Shown here in pieces: positions 1 to 9,814 of a stretch of DNA of 64,000 nt. A model generated the notes under the pieces. It searched no databases. It saw only the letters and a program-made list of their open reading frames with translations, and had not been told where the DNA came from. Made by a program: the position numbers and the translations under genes. The DNA is taken from the NCBI GenBank assembly GCA_910589315.1, contig CAJUTB010000012.1, forward strand, positions 960-64,959. The letters are read 5' to 3'. How positions within the stretch are numbered: position 1 is the first letter of the stretch; each line of letters opens with the position of its first letter. The DNA comes from an uncultured Oscillibacter sp. (GTDB lineage: Bacteria > Bacillota > Clostridia > Oscillospirales > Oscillospiraceae).

Positions 1-47
1 GGAACTGCAAGAGGAACAGGGAATCCGGGCAAAGGCGGCATTTTAAT

Positions 48-434
48 ATGATGAATTCTATGTCGGATATTTACGATTTGCTTTACCGTTTGGGCGTGAC
101 CGCAAACTACACCGGCTTTTTTCACACCGCTTACGCAGTCGCGCTGTGCATCGAACAGCCCGACCGGCTTCTCTTGGTGACAAAGTGGCTCTATCCGGAA
201 GTCGCCAAGCGGTACGATACAAAATGGAGCGCGGTGGAACGAAACATCCGGACAACCTGCGATATCATTTGGCGGGAAAAACGTTCGCTGCTGGAAACGC
301 TGGCACAGAGGCCGCTGCTCCAAAAGCCCCGCCCTGCACAGCTTCTGGCAATTCTGGCTTCTTCGATGGACAGAGAAACGGGCCTGGATACCCCCAGGCT
401 GTCCAGCCCGGGTGCGTCAATTGGGGATTGCTGA
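48..434 (+). CDS. Stand-alone Spo0A C-terminal DNA-binding domain protein
   Basis: LGVTANYTGF...VTKWLYPEVAKRYDTKWSAVERNIR resembles the Spo0A HTH (TKxLYPxIAKKYxTTxSRVERAIR); no receiver domain. Start could be 48, 51 or 60. Confidence 0.85.
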   Translation: MMNSMSDIYDLLYRLGVTANYTGFFHTAYAVALCIEQPDRLLLVTKWLYPEVAKRYDTKWSAVERNIRTTCDIIWREKRSLLETLAQRPLLQKPRPAQLLAILASSMDRETGLDTPRLSSPGASIGDC

Positions 435-636
435 ACTCTGTCTCGAGGTTTTCTCCGGCCCGCTCCATAAAACCGCTGGGTTCCCCTCTGCCCGGCGGCT
501 TTCTGCTGCCGGTTAACGAAAACCATCCCTCCTTCTCCGCTCTATTTTGTAAACTTTTCCATTGCGTTTTTTAGCAAAACCAGCTATGATACTAAGGAAA
601 CACGCCCCTGGCTTTCAAAAACCGGAGGGCGTGCAA

Positions 637-739
637 GGCAGAGTAGGAACATACGTGTATCAAGTGCCGGAAAGACGGGGAGTTGCTTTTCGGACGAAGG
701 GCGGCAGAGCCCGCAGTGTGTGTTCCGCATCCCGCTGCC
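637..739 (+). ncRNA. THF (tetrahydrofolate) riboswitch aptamer
   Basis: GGCAGAGTAGG...AAGTGCCGGAAAGACGGGGAGTTGCTTTTCGGACGAAGG...CCGCATCCCGCTGCC matches the THF riboswitch consensus; 5' GGCAG pairs with 3' CTGCC; directly upstream of an ECF S-component. Confidence 0.9.
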
Positions 740-810
740 GCATATGGGAAGCGGCTTCCTCTGTGCGGCGTTCCAATCGGACTGCCAAACTTTGAAGGAG
801 GTCTTTTTCT

Positions 811-1359
811 ATGCCCAAATTCCGTACCAAAACCCTGTGCCTTGTGAGCGTCCTGGCCGCGCTCTACGTCCCCCTCTCCATCTTTGCCGCCGTGCAGATG
901 GGCAACGTCCGCATTTCCTTCGGCTCTTTGCCGGTAGTGATCAGCGCATTACTGCTGGGTCCGGTGGAAGCCGTGATCGTTGCCATGACCGGAGAGTTTT
1001 TCAAGCAGCTGCTCACCTACGGCGTCACGGCCACCACCATACTCTACCTCATCCCCCCAGCCCTCCGGGGCCTTGTCATCGGCCTTGCGGCGGTCTATGC
1101 CAGGAAGCATGGCCGTCCGCTGGAACAGCGGGAAATTGCCTGTTTTGCCGTCTGCATCTGCGCCGCTGTACTGACCACCACCGGCAACACCCTGGTGAAC
1201 TGGCTCGACAGCATCCTTTACCACTACTACACCTTTGCCCTGATTTTTGGCGACGCGCTTTACCGCTTTGTGGTCGGCATGATCAACGCCGTCGTCATGG
1301 CCGCCCTGGCAATGCCGCTGACCGCGCTTCTGCGGAAGCAGTTCCGTTATATGCTCTGA
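811..1359 (+). CDS. folT: ECF transporter S component, folate family
   Basis: 182-aa hydrophobic protein with VRISFGSLPVVISALLLGP motif typical of FolT; preceded by THF riboswitch and GAAGGAGG RBS. Confidence 0.85.
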   Translation: MPKFRTKTLCLVSVLAALYVPLSIFAAVQMGNVRISFGSLPVVISALLLGPVEAVIVAMTGEFFKQLLTYGVTATTILYLIPPALRGLVIGLAAVYARKHGRPLEQREIACFAVCICAAVLTTTGNTLVNWLDSILYHYYTFALIFGDALYRFVVGMINAVVMAALAMPLTALLRKQFRYML

Positions 1360-1391
1360 CAGCCTGCCGCCGTGAAAGCCGCCGCGGCGCG

Positions 1392-1427
1392 AAAAAACGC
1401 CCTGAATCCTACGATTCAGGGCGTTTT
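1392..1427. terminator. Bidirectional intrinsic terminator between convergent folT and rnfB
   Basis: AAAAAACGCCCTGAATC-ctac-GATTCAGGGCGTTTT perfect stem with A/T tracts on both sides. Confidence 0.8.
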
Positions 1428-1455
1428 GCTTTTACCGGTCCGTTCCGGTCCGTCA

Positions 1456-2328
1456 TTATTTTGCAGCGGCTTCCGCAGCGGCCTTCGCCTTTTCGGCCTG
1501 GGCCTTCTTGATCGCCTTATACTTCTCCTTCTCCTCGGCGGTAGCCACAGGAAGGATGGCGTCACGCGGGCAGACCTTCGTGCAGAGCTTGCAGCCCACG
1601 CACTTCTCGTAATCAATCACCGCAACGCCGTTCACAACATGGATCGCGTCCTTCTTGCACTCCTTCTGGCACAGGCCGCAGCCAATGCAGGAGCTGGAGC
1701 AAACGCTCATGGCGGCCTTGCCCTTGTCCTGGTTGGCGCAGCCGACATGGACCTTCTTGGAGGCCGGGACGGATACGATCAAATGCCGGGGACAGGCGGC
1801 GGCACAGGCCATGCAGTCCGTACACTTGTCGGGATTTACGACAGCCGTGCCGTTGGGGCCGATGGAAATCGCGCCGAACTGGCAGGCGTTCACGCAGGAG
1901 CCGAAGCCCAGGCAGCCAAAGCCGCACTCCAGAGGACCGCCCGCCACCTTTGTGGCGGAGAGGCAGTCCTTGACGCCAACATAGTCAAACCGCTTCTTCG
2001 CGTTTACGCCGCCGGTGCAGCGCACGAACGCAACCTCCCGCTCGCCGGTGGGAGCTTCCATGCCCATGATCTTGGCAATGGCCGCCGCGTTCTCCGCGCC
2101 CGCAGGGGCGCAGGCCGTGACCGGAGCCGTGCCCGCCAGGATGGCCGCCGCACAGCCGCCGCAGCCAGGGAAGCCGCAGCCGCCGCAGTTCGCGCCTGCC
2201 AAAAGGCTCAGAATTTCTTCCTCACGAGGGTCTTTCTTCACCTCGAACACCTTCGAGGCAATCGCCAGAACCAGGCCGAACACCGCGCCCAGAATACCCA
2301 GCGTAAGAACAGCAGCAACAATATTCAT
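1456..2328 (-). CDS. rnfB: Rnf electron transport complex subunit B
   Basis: N-terminal TM helix, GANCGGCGFPGCxxCA motif, several CxxCxxCxxxCP ferredoxin motifs. Confidence 0.95.
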   Translation of the reverse strand: MNIVAAVLTLGILGAVFGLVLAIASKVFEVKKDPREEEILSLLAGANCGGCGFPGCGGCAAAILAGTAPVTACAPAGAENAAAIAKIMGMEAPTGEREVAFVRCTGGVNAKKRFDYVGVKDCLSATKVAGGPLECGFGCLGFGSCVNACQFGAISIGPNGTAVVNPDKCTDCMACAAACPRHLIVSVPASKKVHVGCANQDKGKAAMSVCSSSCIGCGLCQKECKKDAIHVVNGVAVIDYEKCVGCKLCTKVCPRDAILPVATAEEKEKYKAIKKAQAEKAKAAAEAAAK

Positions 2329-2341
2329 TCTGATTCCCCCC

Positions 2342-2932
2342 TTACCAAATCTTCAGGCCGGAGAAGCCCATGAACGCCAACGCCATCAGACCCGCCGTAA
2401 CCAGGGCAATCGGGAAACCCTCGAAGCTCTTGGGATAGTCGGCAAACACCAGACGTTCCCGGATGCTGGCAAACAGTACGATTGCCAGCAGGAAGCCGAT
2501 GCCGCCGGTGATGCCGTACACGACGGATTCAATGAAGTTGTGGTTTTCCTGGATGTTCAGCAGCGCGACGCCCAACACCGCGCAGTTCGTGGTAATCAGG
2601 GGCAGATACACGCCCAGAGCCGTGTACAGGGACGGCATGGACTTTTGCAGAAACATCTCGATGAACTGCACCAGAGACGCGATGACCAGGATGAAGGCCA
2701 CCGTCTGCATATATTCCAGGCCAAAGTATACCAGTACAAACTTATTCACAAGCCACGTAATGGCGGAGGCCAGACCCATAACAAAGGTTACGGCAATGCC
2801 CATGCCAACGGCCGTGTCGACCTTTTTGGAAACGCCCAGGAACGGGCAGATACCCAGGAACTGGGAGAAAATGAAGTTATTCGCCAGAATGGCGCCCAGC
2901 GTAATTGCCAGGAGTTTATAAATTTGATCCAT
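2342..2932 (-). CDS. rnfA: Rnf complex subunit A
   Basis: [18 protein letters not shown] and [16 protein letters not shown] motifs. Confidence 0.95.
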   Translation of the reverse strand: MDQIYKLLAITLGAILANNFIFSQFLGICPFLGVSKKVDTAVGMGIAVTFVMGLASAITWLVNKFVLVYFGLEYMQTVAFILVIASLVQFIEMFLQKSMPSLYTALGVYLPLITTNCAVLGVALLNIQENHNFIESVVYGITGGIGFLLAIVLFASIRERLVFADYPKSFEGFPIALVTAGLMALAFMGFSGLKIW

Positions 2933-3532
2933 TTACTTGTCCTCCTTCGACTTGGACAGCGCCCACTGCATCGCGGCAATCAGGAAGCCCAGCACCAGGA
3001 AGCCGCCCACCGGAAGCGTCAGCACGCCGATGGGGAACTGCTCCGGGATGATGCGGAAGCCCGCCAGAGTACCCGCGCCCAGCAGCTCGCGGATGAAGCA
3101 CATCACCAGCAGAACGGCGGTATAACCCAGGCCCTGGCAGATGCCGTCCAGGAAGGACGCGCCGATTCCATTTTTGTAAGAGAACGCCTCTGCACGGCCC
3201 AGAATGATGCAGTTCACCACGATCAGCGGGATGAACACGCCCAGGGAGGCCGCAATGGCCGGGACAAAGGCTTGCAGCAGCAGGTCCACGCAGGTCACGA
3301 AGCCCGCGATGACCACAATAAACATTGCAATCCGGATCTTGTCGGGAACCACCTTCCGGATGGCGGAAATCACCACGTTGGAGGCCGTCAGAATAATCAG
3401 CACGGAAACGCCCATACCCACGCCGTTGGCGATGGAGGTGGTAATGGCCATGGTGGAACACAGACCCAGCATTTGAACCAGAACAGGGTTTTGTGTCAGA
3501 AGGCCCTCTTTTAATTGCTTACCAAAATTCAT
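2933..3532 (-). CDS. rnfE: Rnf complex subunit E
   Basis: NPVLVQMLGLCSTMA and FIPLIVVNCIILGRAE motifs. Confidence 0.95.
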   Translation of the reverse strand: MNFGKQLKEGLLTQNPVLVQMLGLCSTMAITTSIANGVGMGVSVLIILTASNVVISAIRKVVPDKIRIAMFIVVIAGFVTCVDLLLQAFVPAIAASLGVFIPLIVVNCIILGRAEAFSYKNGIGASFLDGICQGLGYTAVLLVMCFIRELLGAGTLAGFRIIPEQFPIGVLTLPVGGFLVLGFLIAAMQWALSKSKEDK

Positions 3533-3550
3533 GTTTCAGCTCCCCCTTTC

Positions 3551-4183
3551 TCAGCCCATGGCCCCAGCCACGGCCAGAGCGGCGTTTACGCCGTTGGTCA
3601 CGCCGCGGGTGGAGACAGTCGCGCCGGAGATGGCGTCCACATTGCTTCCAACCGTCAGCGTACCGTCGGCCGCGCTCTTGCCCTCGAACTGGCTCAAAAC
3701 GCCTACGCCGGACGCCGTGTTCTGGTTCTCCATAACCTTGGAGCCGATGCCGGCGGTCTCCGCGTTCTTGACGATGGAAACGCCGGTGACAACGCCTTCG
3801 CCGTCCACGCCCACCATCATTTCGATCTTGCCCTGAGAACCGCTGGTGACAACCTTGATGGCATAACCGGCATTCTGGCCGTCCACCTGGGCTTCATACA
3901 CAGAATCCAGCGTGCCGCCGGAAGCGGAAGCCGCCGCCGTCATGGCGTCCGTCAATTCCAGCGCGTCAGAAAAGGCAGTTGCATCGGGGTCGGCTACGAC
4001 AGCCTTCATGGCATTCACGGTATTTTCCCAGTTGATTTCCTCAATGGTTTCCGCCGTGACCGCGTTGACGCCGCCCAACGCTGCGGCAACCACCACGCAG
4101 GTGATCAGCAGAGTCACCGTCAATTTAATAAGGTATTGAGGGTCCATATTGACCTTTTCCTTGGCTTTCACTTCGCTGCTCAT
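3551..4183 (-). CDS. rnfG: Rnf complex subunit G (FMN-binding)
   Basis: N-terminal TM helix, ETAGIGSK, and DAISGATVST flavinylation motif. Confidence 0.95.
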   Translation of the reverse strand: MSSEVKAKEKVNMDPQYLIKLTVTLLITCVVVAAALGGVNAVTAETIEEINWENTVNAMKAVVADPDATAFSDALELTDAMTAAASASGGTLDSVYEAQVDGQNAGYAIKVVTSGSQGKIEMMVGVDGEGVVTGVSIVKNAETAGIGSKVMENQNTASGVGVLSQFEGKSAADGTLTVGSNVDAISGATVSTRGVTNGVNAALAVAGAMG

Positions 4184-5220
4184 TTCGCGGACGCCTCCTT
4201 TTTATCGGATTTCACTACGCCGAAGCGGGTGGGCTTCGTATACTGGTCGATCAGTGCGACAAACAGATTCATGACCATGATGGAATAGCACACGCCCTCG
4301 TTATAGGAACCGAAGTACCGGATCAGCACGGTAAACAGGCCGCAGCCGATGCCGAATACCACCTGGCCCTTTTTGGTAACGGGAGAGGTTGCATAGTCGG
4401 TGGCCATGAAGAACGCGCCCAGCATCAGGCCACCGCCAAAGATGCTGTAAAGCATCCATTCCATGCCGCTTCCGCCTCTGGGAAACAGGAAAGTCAGCAC
4501 AGCGACGGTAGCGATGTAGGAAACGGGGGTATGCCAGTTGATCACCTTGCGGGCGATCAGGTACACGCCGCCGATGATCAGCATCAGGGCGGAGACCTCG
4601 CCCATGGAGCCGCCGATCTGGCCCAGGAACATCTGGCTTACGCTGTATGTACCTTTGAGCTGCTCAAAGCTGGCGGCAATCGAGGCCGCGTCCGGGCCGG
4701 ACATATAGGCCAAGGGGGTCGCCGCGGTGATCACGTCGACATTCGAGCCGAGGATCGCCGCCTTGCTGGCGGCGGGGTCCACCCAGCTGGTCATGGTTCC
4801 GGCATAGCTGGCCAGAAGAATGGCGCGGCCGGCCAGAGCGGGGTTTACAAAGTTTTTGCCAATGCCGCCGAATAACTGCTTGACAATCACAATGGCGAAG
4901 AAACCGCCAATCAGAATCATCCAATAGGGAATCTGCACCGGGCAGACAAAGGCCAGCAGCATACCGGTTACGACGCTGCTCAAATCCATCACGGATTGGG
5001 GCTTTTTCAAGAGCTTCCGATACAGCCACTCCCAGAACATGCAGCCCGCCACGGACACAACCGTCACGGTCAGGGCGCGAACGCCGAAGTTAAAGCAAGC
5101 GAACGCCAGAGCGGGCAGCATCGCTATGATGACATCCTTCATGATGCCCTGGGTGGTCTCGCTTCCGCGGATATGGGGCGAGGAGGTGGCGATCAGCTTG
5201 AGATTTTTATAGTCCGTCAT
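4180..5220 (-). CDS. rnfD: Rnf complex subunit D
   Basis: SSPHIR, KQLFGGIGKNFVNPALAGR, TAATPL, GAFFMATDYATSP motifs. Confidence 0.95.
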   Translation of the reverse strand: MTDYKNLKLIATSSPHIRGSETTQGIMKDVIIAMLPALAFACFNFGVRALTVTVVSVAGCMFWEWLYRKLLKKPQSVMDLSSVVTGMLLAFVCPVQIPYWMILIGGFFAIVIVKQLFGGIGKNFVNPALAGRAILLASYAGTMTSWVDPAASKAAILGSNVDVITAATPLAYMSGPDAASIAASFEQLKGTYSVSQMFLGQIGGSMGEVSALMLIIGGVYLIARKVINWHTPVSYIATVAVLTFLFPRGGSGMEWMLYSIFGGGLMLGAFFMATDYATSPVTKKGQVVFGIGCGLFTVLIRYFGSYNEGVCYSIMVMNLFVALIDQYTKPTRFGVVKSDKKEASAK

Positions 5221-6602
5221 TTGTTGACAACCTCCTTTTTCTCTCCCTTTTCCGCTTCTGCGGCCTTCTTGGCCTCAGCGGCGGCCTTGGCTTTCGCCGC
5301 GGCGTCTTTCACCAGCTGCTTGCCGGTTTTGAACATATGGGTCAGGTGCAGACGGGCCGGGCAGGTGTAGGCGCACGCGCCGCACTCCATGCAGTCCATA
5401 ATATTCGCGGCGTTCAGTTCGTCGACCAGGCCCTTGGAGGCGTACTGGTACAGGAACAGCGGCTCCAGGTGCATCGGGCAGGCGGCAACGCACTTGCCGC
5501 AGCGGATGCACTGGGGATGTTCGACGGTCTGCTCCTCTTTTTCGCAGAAGGCCAGAATCGCGCCGGTGCCCTTGGCTACGGGGATGTCGGCGGTATACTG
5601 GGCCATGCCCATCATCGGGCCGCCGGCAATGATCTTGTATGTACCGTCTTTCAGGCCGCCGCAGGCGTCGAACAGGCAGGAAACGGGGGTACCGATGGGG
5701 CATTCCAGGTTTTTCGGCTCCACGATGCCGGAACCGGACACTGTAACCACCTTTTTCACCACGGGCATACCGGTGGTAATGGCCTGATAGATGGCGATGG
5801 TGGTGTTGATGTTGAACACGGCGCAGCCGATATTGCTGGGCAGGCCGCCGGGAGGCACCTGCTTGCCGGTGATGGCTTGGCAGAGCTGTTTTTCACCGCC
5901 CTGGGGATAGCGGCACCGCAGGCCCTCCACCACAACTGGAGCGTGTTTTTCCGCAATGGTTTTATTCATCTGGTCGATGCCGTTCTGCTTGTTGACCTCG
6001 ACGCCGATGACCACCTTTTCCACGCCGAACATCTTGGCAAGATAGGACGCGCCGCCGATGATCTCATTGGAACGCTCCAACATGGCCCGATGGTCGCCGG
6101 TGATGTACGGTTCGCACTCTGCGCCGTTGATGATCACGGTGTCCACCTTTCCGATGCCGCCGGAGATTTTGACGTGGGTGGGGAAGGTTGCGCCGCCCAT
6201 GCCGACAATGCCGGCGTTTTTCACGATCTCAACCATTTCGTCAACGGTGAGCGCGTCGGGGTTTGCGGGGGCCTGTACTTCTTCGCTCACGGTGTCCTGG
6301 AAGTCGTTTTCAATGACTACGGACGTGATGTTTCCGCCCATGGAATAGGGCCGCGGCTCCACCGCTTTCACCTTGCCGGAAACACTGGCGTGAATCGGAG
6401 CGCCAAGGCCCCGGAATTCGCCGATCTTCTGGCCCACTTTTACCAGGTCGCCGGCTTTGACGAGGGGGGTACATGGTGCGCCGAAGTGCATGGACATAGG
6501 AATGACCACCTCAGCCGGGGGTGTCAGCTGCTCGATGGCCTTCTCATTGGTTGCGGCTTTCATATCGTGGGGATGAACGCCGCCGAAGAACGCTTGTGCC
6601 AT
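5217..6602 (-). CDS. rnfC: Rnf complex subunit C
   Basis: FFGGVHP, GIVGMGGATFPTHVK, INGAECEPY, YPQGGEKQL, two C-terminal 4Fe-4S motifs; first gene of the rnfCDGEAB order. Confidence 0.95.
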   Translation of the reverse strand: MAQAFFGGVHPHDMKAATNEKAIEQLTPPAEVVIPMSMHFGAPCTPLVKAGDLVKVGQKIGEFRGLGAPIHASVSGKVKAVEPRPYSMGGNITSVVIENDFQDTVSEEVQAPANPDALTVDEMVEIVKNAGIVGMGGATFPTHVKISGGIGKVDTVIINGAECEPYITGDHRAMLERSNEIIGGASYLAKMFGVEKVVIGVEVNKQNGIDQMNKTIAEKHAPVVVEGLRCRYPQGGEKQLCQAITGKQVPPGGLPSNIGCAVFNINTTIAIYQAITTGMPVVKKVVTVSGSGIVEPKNLECPIGTPVSCLFDACGGLKDGTYKIIAGGPMMGMAQYTADIPVAKGTGAILAFCEKEEQTVEHPQCIRCGKCVAACPMHLEPLFLYQYASKGLVDELNAANIMDCMECGACAYTCPARLHLTHMFKTGKQLVKDAAAKAKAAAEAKKAAEAEKGEKKEVVNK

Positions 6603-6937
6603 TATTTCACCTCATTTTACTCCTGACAGCGGCCCGGGCCGTTTCCTCCCGAAAATGGGCAGACGGAACCCTGGCGATACTATCACATGTTGCTCCTATT
6701 CTACACCCTTCTTTGAAAAATGTCCAGACTATGAACGAGGGTTTTTCAGGAAAAATTGCTTTTTTTTGCATTTCCTTGATGGCATATGGTTTTTTCTCGC
6801 TTCAGGTACAGGTCTGAACGCTTTTTGCCTGCCTGTTTTGTAAAAATAAGGGCTGTGGCCTTTCCCTACTTGCCCCGCAATCCCCGATATGGTAAAATTG
6901 CGTCAAATCTTTCACACGGTTATGGAGGTTGCTTATT

Positions 6938-7447
6938 ATGAAAGACGCCTTGACATTCCAAGCTCTTGATTCACGTTTAGGGGATCACGCGCCGTTTTTA
7001 ACGTCGCTGTCTGATGGATTACAGGAAGAACTTCATATTATCATCGCAGCGGCACAGATCGGAAATATAGGCGAAAATATTCCAGCTTTGGAAGGAACGG
7101 ATGAAACTGCAAGGCAAACGCTCCTCGGAATTTTAGCAAATTGCCGGCCAATCCAGGTGAATGAACAGTGTTTGTATGAAATATGCTTTCCCAATTACAT
7201 TATCTATCAAATAAGGAACGAATCCTTTTGCTCATACGACCCGGAGGAAATCCGGCACGGCAGGCACCTGATGGTTTTTGAAAAATCAAAACTGCTCTCA
7301 AACATGGGAATTGTCACAGATGCCCAGCAGCTGGACGACGGCTCCTTCTATCCCGGTGAGTGGAAGCATTACGGAATATATACCCAAAATCATATAATTG
7401 ATGTGGTCTCTCATGAGCCGCCGATTGTTTCTGTATCCGAAATGTGA
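6938..7447 (+). CDS. Hypothetical protein
   Basis: Single long ORF in a visibly AT-richer segment, GGAGG RBS upstream; start TTG 6929 or ATG 6938; no recognised motif. Confidence 0.65.
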   Translation: MKDALTFQALDSRLGDHAPFLTSLSDGLQEELHIIIAAAQIGNIGENIPALEGTDETARQTLLGILANCRPIQVNEQCLYEICFPNYIIYQIRNESFCSYDPEEIRHGRHLMVFEKSKLLSNMGIVTDAQQLDDGSFYPGEWKHYGIYTQNHIIDVVSHEPPIVSVSEM

Positions 7448-7539
7448 GAAATCCTTCCCTTTTGCTGATAAAACGGAACATTGGAGGCTTTACTTCTCAA
7501 AGGGACCGCAATTGGGGAGTTTTCTATTCGGCGATTTTT

Positions 7540-7625
7540 TGTAGGGGGCGTGCTCTGTTCTGCCCCGTTCCTCGAAAACGTGGAGGGCTCGAAAGAACGG
7601 GAGGAGACAGAGCCCCTCCCCTACA
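7540..7625. repeat. REP/REPIN-like inverted repeat (GTAG type)
   Basis: 31-nt arms TGTAGGGGGCGTGCTCTGTTCTGCCCCGTTC (7540-7570) and its inverted counterpart (7595-7625), 23/31 identical, each starting with GTAG followed by a GC-rich imperfect palindrome. Confidence 0.65.
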
Positions 7626-7758
7626 TCTCATCCCCCTTATAAAATGCGCGAGAGGACACTCCCCCGCAATTTTCCACCCTTGCCAATTCCTCCAAAATGT
7701 GGTAGACTATTACAATTAGTTTATTTCCTTTGAAAAATGCTTTGGGAGGTCTTGCGAT

Positions 7759-8613
7759 ATGGCTGAACAAATTGACAGAGCACAAGAAAAATGGAAGGCG
7801 TCCAATCTCCTGCGTGATGCCCAGGTATCGCCGAAGCAGATGACAGCGTTTTACCTTCTCCTCGTTCTCGCGCTGGATGTCGTGGATTCTTTTAACTTAT
7901 ACAGTATATTGGGCCGGTTTGTCACTGTTTTCATTTCCATTTTCTGTTTGCTCCTTTCCATCGTCCTCTCGGCGGGCTTCACCCTGTACTTTATGGCCAT
8001 CCGCCGGGGCGAACGCGCCGAATTTCTCACGGTCTTCGACGGCTTTTCCTTCGTGGGCAAACTCATTGCCCTGGAAATCGTTACCTCATTCTTCATTTCC
8101 CTTTGGGCCCTTCTCTTTTTCATTCCCGGCGTCATTGCCGCCTACCGCTACCATTTCGCCGTTTACAATCTCTGCGAAAATCCTGACATTGGGGTTATGG
8201 AAGCGATCCGCATGAGCAAGCAGCAAACTTATGGCTACAAAAGTCAGCTTTTCCTGCTGCACCTCAGTTATTTCCCCTGGAATTTACTCTCCATGCTCCC
8301 CACGCTGATTGCTAATGCGATCATTTCCAGCAAATTTTCCCTTTCGGTTTCCATGGGAATGCCTGCCGCGTATACAGGTCTCTTCGGCTCTCCCATTACG
8401 GAATATTTGGGCATTCCAGCGTTTCTCTGGGTGATTATTCAAGGGCTTTGGTCTCTTGTAATTGCCATATTCTATCTCCCCCAGTTTCATTGCGTCAACC
8501 TTGCCTATTTTGAAACGGCCAAGCGCACTTCTCACATCGGCGCCAATATTCCTCCGGAAAACGGCGGGTACAACGGCGGCTGGAACGGCCCGGACGGTTT
8601 GGGCGGGTTCTAA
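7759..8613 (+). CDS. DUF975 family membrane protein
   Basis: LWALLFFIPGVIAAYRY...MEAIRMSKQQTYGYKSQLFLLHLSYFPW matches the DUF975 core; multiple TM helices. Confidence 0.8.
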   Translation: MAEQIDRAQEKWKASNLLRDAQVSPKQMTAFYLLLVLALDVVDSFNLYSILGRFVTVFISIFCLLLSIVLSAGFTLYFMAIRRGERAEFLTVFDGFSFVGKLIALEIVTSFFISLWALLFFIPGVIAAYRYHFAVYNLCENPDIGVMEAIRMSKQQTYGYKSQLFLLHLSYFPWNLLSMLPTLIANAIISSKFSLSVSMGMPAAYTGLFGSPITEYLGIPAFLWVIIQGLWSLVIAIFYLPQFHCVNLAYFETAKRTSHIGANIPPENGGYNGGWNGPDGLGGF

Positions 8614-8642
8614 ACACATCGAAAATACGTGCAATTTTGCGA

Positions 8643-8684
8643 GGGAAAAAGCGGGAACCCATCGAGGGTTCCCGCTTTTTTCCC
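8643..8684. terminator. Bidirectional intrinsic terminator
   Basis: GGGAAAAAGCGGGAACCC-atcga-GGGTTCCCGCTTTTTTCCC between convergent genes. Confidence 0.8.
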
Positions 8685-8734
8685 GGGGCTCTGCCCCGGC
8701 CCCCGCCAGGGACGCGGCGTCCCTGGACCCTCCA

Positions 8735-9562
8735 TCAAAAGAAAACTTCGTTTTCTTTCCGTTCCTGAAAGTTGGCCTCCAGCATCGCGACATGAGACAA
8801 AAACGCCTCATCGTCAAAATACTTTGCATGGTGCGTACACTTCCGTACGCACCGCTGGCATTTAATACAGGTTCCCGGCGTCTCCGCCACGTTCTCCAAG
8901 CGAATCGCCCCCATCGGGCACAGCCGGGCGCAAGCCCCGCAGTTGCAGCATTTTGACAGGTCTGTCTGCGGTTTGGCTTTCAGGAACTGCACCGGTTCTC
9001 CGTTTATTCCCTTCGGCACGTAATAGGGTGCGTTCGCATCGCCGGGAACCCGCACCGCCGGAGGAATTTCGGTCAGCCCCCGCACCTTTGCCGCGATATC
9101 CCGTGTAAACAGCTCCAGCTTTCGCCGGTCGTCGAAGTCTGGACGGCCCTCGCCCAGCTGGTCGGTGAAGGCGTGCCGTCCCGCAAACGCGCCCGCCGCC
9201 ACGGTGTGGAAGCCTCCGGCCTCCAGTACGGCGCAAAGCTCCGCTAAGGAGTTATCATAAGCCCGATTGCCGAACGTCACCACCGGCACGGCCAGCGCGC
9301 CGCCGCCCCGCAGCCGCTGGAAATCCGGCAGCAGTTTATTCGGCAGTTTTCCCGCGTAAGTCGGGGAGCCAATGACCACCAGGTCCTCCGGCTCGAACGA
9401 AGGAGCTTCCGCCCGTTCCGCAGGCTTTGTGAAACCATGGTAAGTCAGGGAAAGTCCCAGTTCCTGCGCCAGAGTTTCCGCCAGCGTCCGGACCACCCGG
9501 TCCGTAACGCCGGTCGCGCTGTAATACACGGCCTGTATGGTTTTCAGTTCCAATCCGCGCAC
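8735..9562 (-). CDS. EFR1-like flavodoxin/4Fe-4S ferredoxin protein
   Basis: YYSATGVT flavodoxin loop, GSPTYAG, VTFGNRAYD, C-terminal CCNCGACARLCP and CIKCQRCVRKC. Start uncertain. Confidence 0.85.
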   Translation of the reverse strand: MRGLELKTIQAVYYSATGVTDRVVRTLAETLAQELGLSLTYHGFTKPAERAEAPSFEPEDLVVIGSPTYAGKLPNKLLPDFQRLRGGGALAVPVVTFGNRAYDNSLAELCAVLEAGGFHTVAAGAFAGRHAFTDQLGEGRPDFDDRRKLELFTRDIAAKVRGLTEIPPAVRVPGDANAPYYVPKGINGEPVQFLKAKPQTDLSKCCNCGACARLCPMGAIRLENVAETPGTCIKCQRCVRKCTHHAKYFDDEAFLSHVAMLEANFQERKENEVFF

Positions 9563-9576
9563 ATCCTTTCAAATGT

Positions 9577-9786
9577 TCACAGTGAGAAATCAGCTTCTTT
9601 CAGCCGCCCGGTATCCAGTGCCGCCGGACGGGGCGGCACCCGTTTCAGCGGGTCGTATTGGAAGGAGCGGCAGTGGTGCTCCACCGGAACAACGCCCCGT
9701 TTTACGCAGGCAACTTCCCGCTCGTTGAGCTGCTGTCCCCGTTTGCAGTACGCGCACCGGGGGTCGATATCTTTCCGAAAAAGCAT
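9577..9786 (-). CDS. Small Cys-containing hypothetical protein
   Basis: MLFRKDIDPRCAYC...C...C...YDPLKRVP with strong GAGGAGG RBS; four Cys suggest metal binding; follows the Clp ATPase gene. Confidence 0.7.
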   Translation of the reverse strand: MLFRKDIDPRCAYCKRGQQLNEREVACVKRGVVPVEHHCRSFQYDPLKRVPPRPAALDTGRLKEADFSL

Positions 9787-9814
9787 CCGGTTCTCCTCCT
9801 CTGCCGTCAAAATG

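Noticed and set aside
8685..8730. GC-rich hairpins (GGGGCTCTGCCCC; CCAGGGACGCGGCGTCCCTGG) next to the terminator
   Set aside because: Possibly a repeat remnant, but only one copy is in the window, so it cannot be classified.
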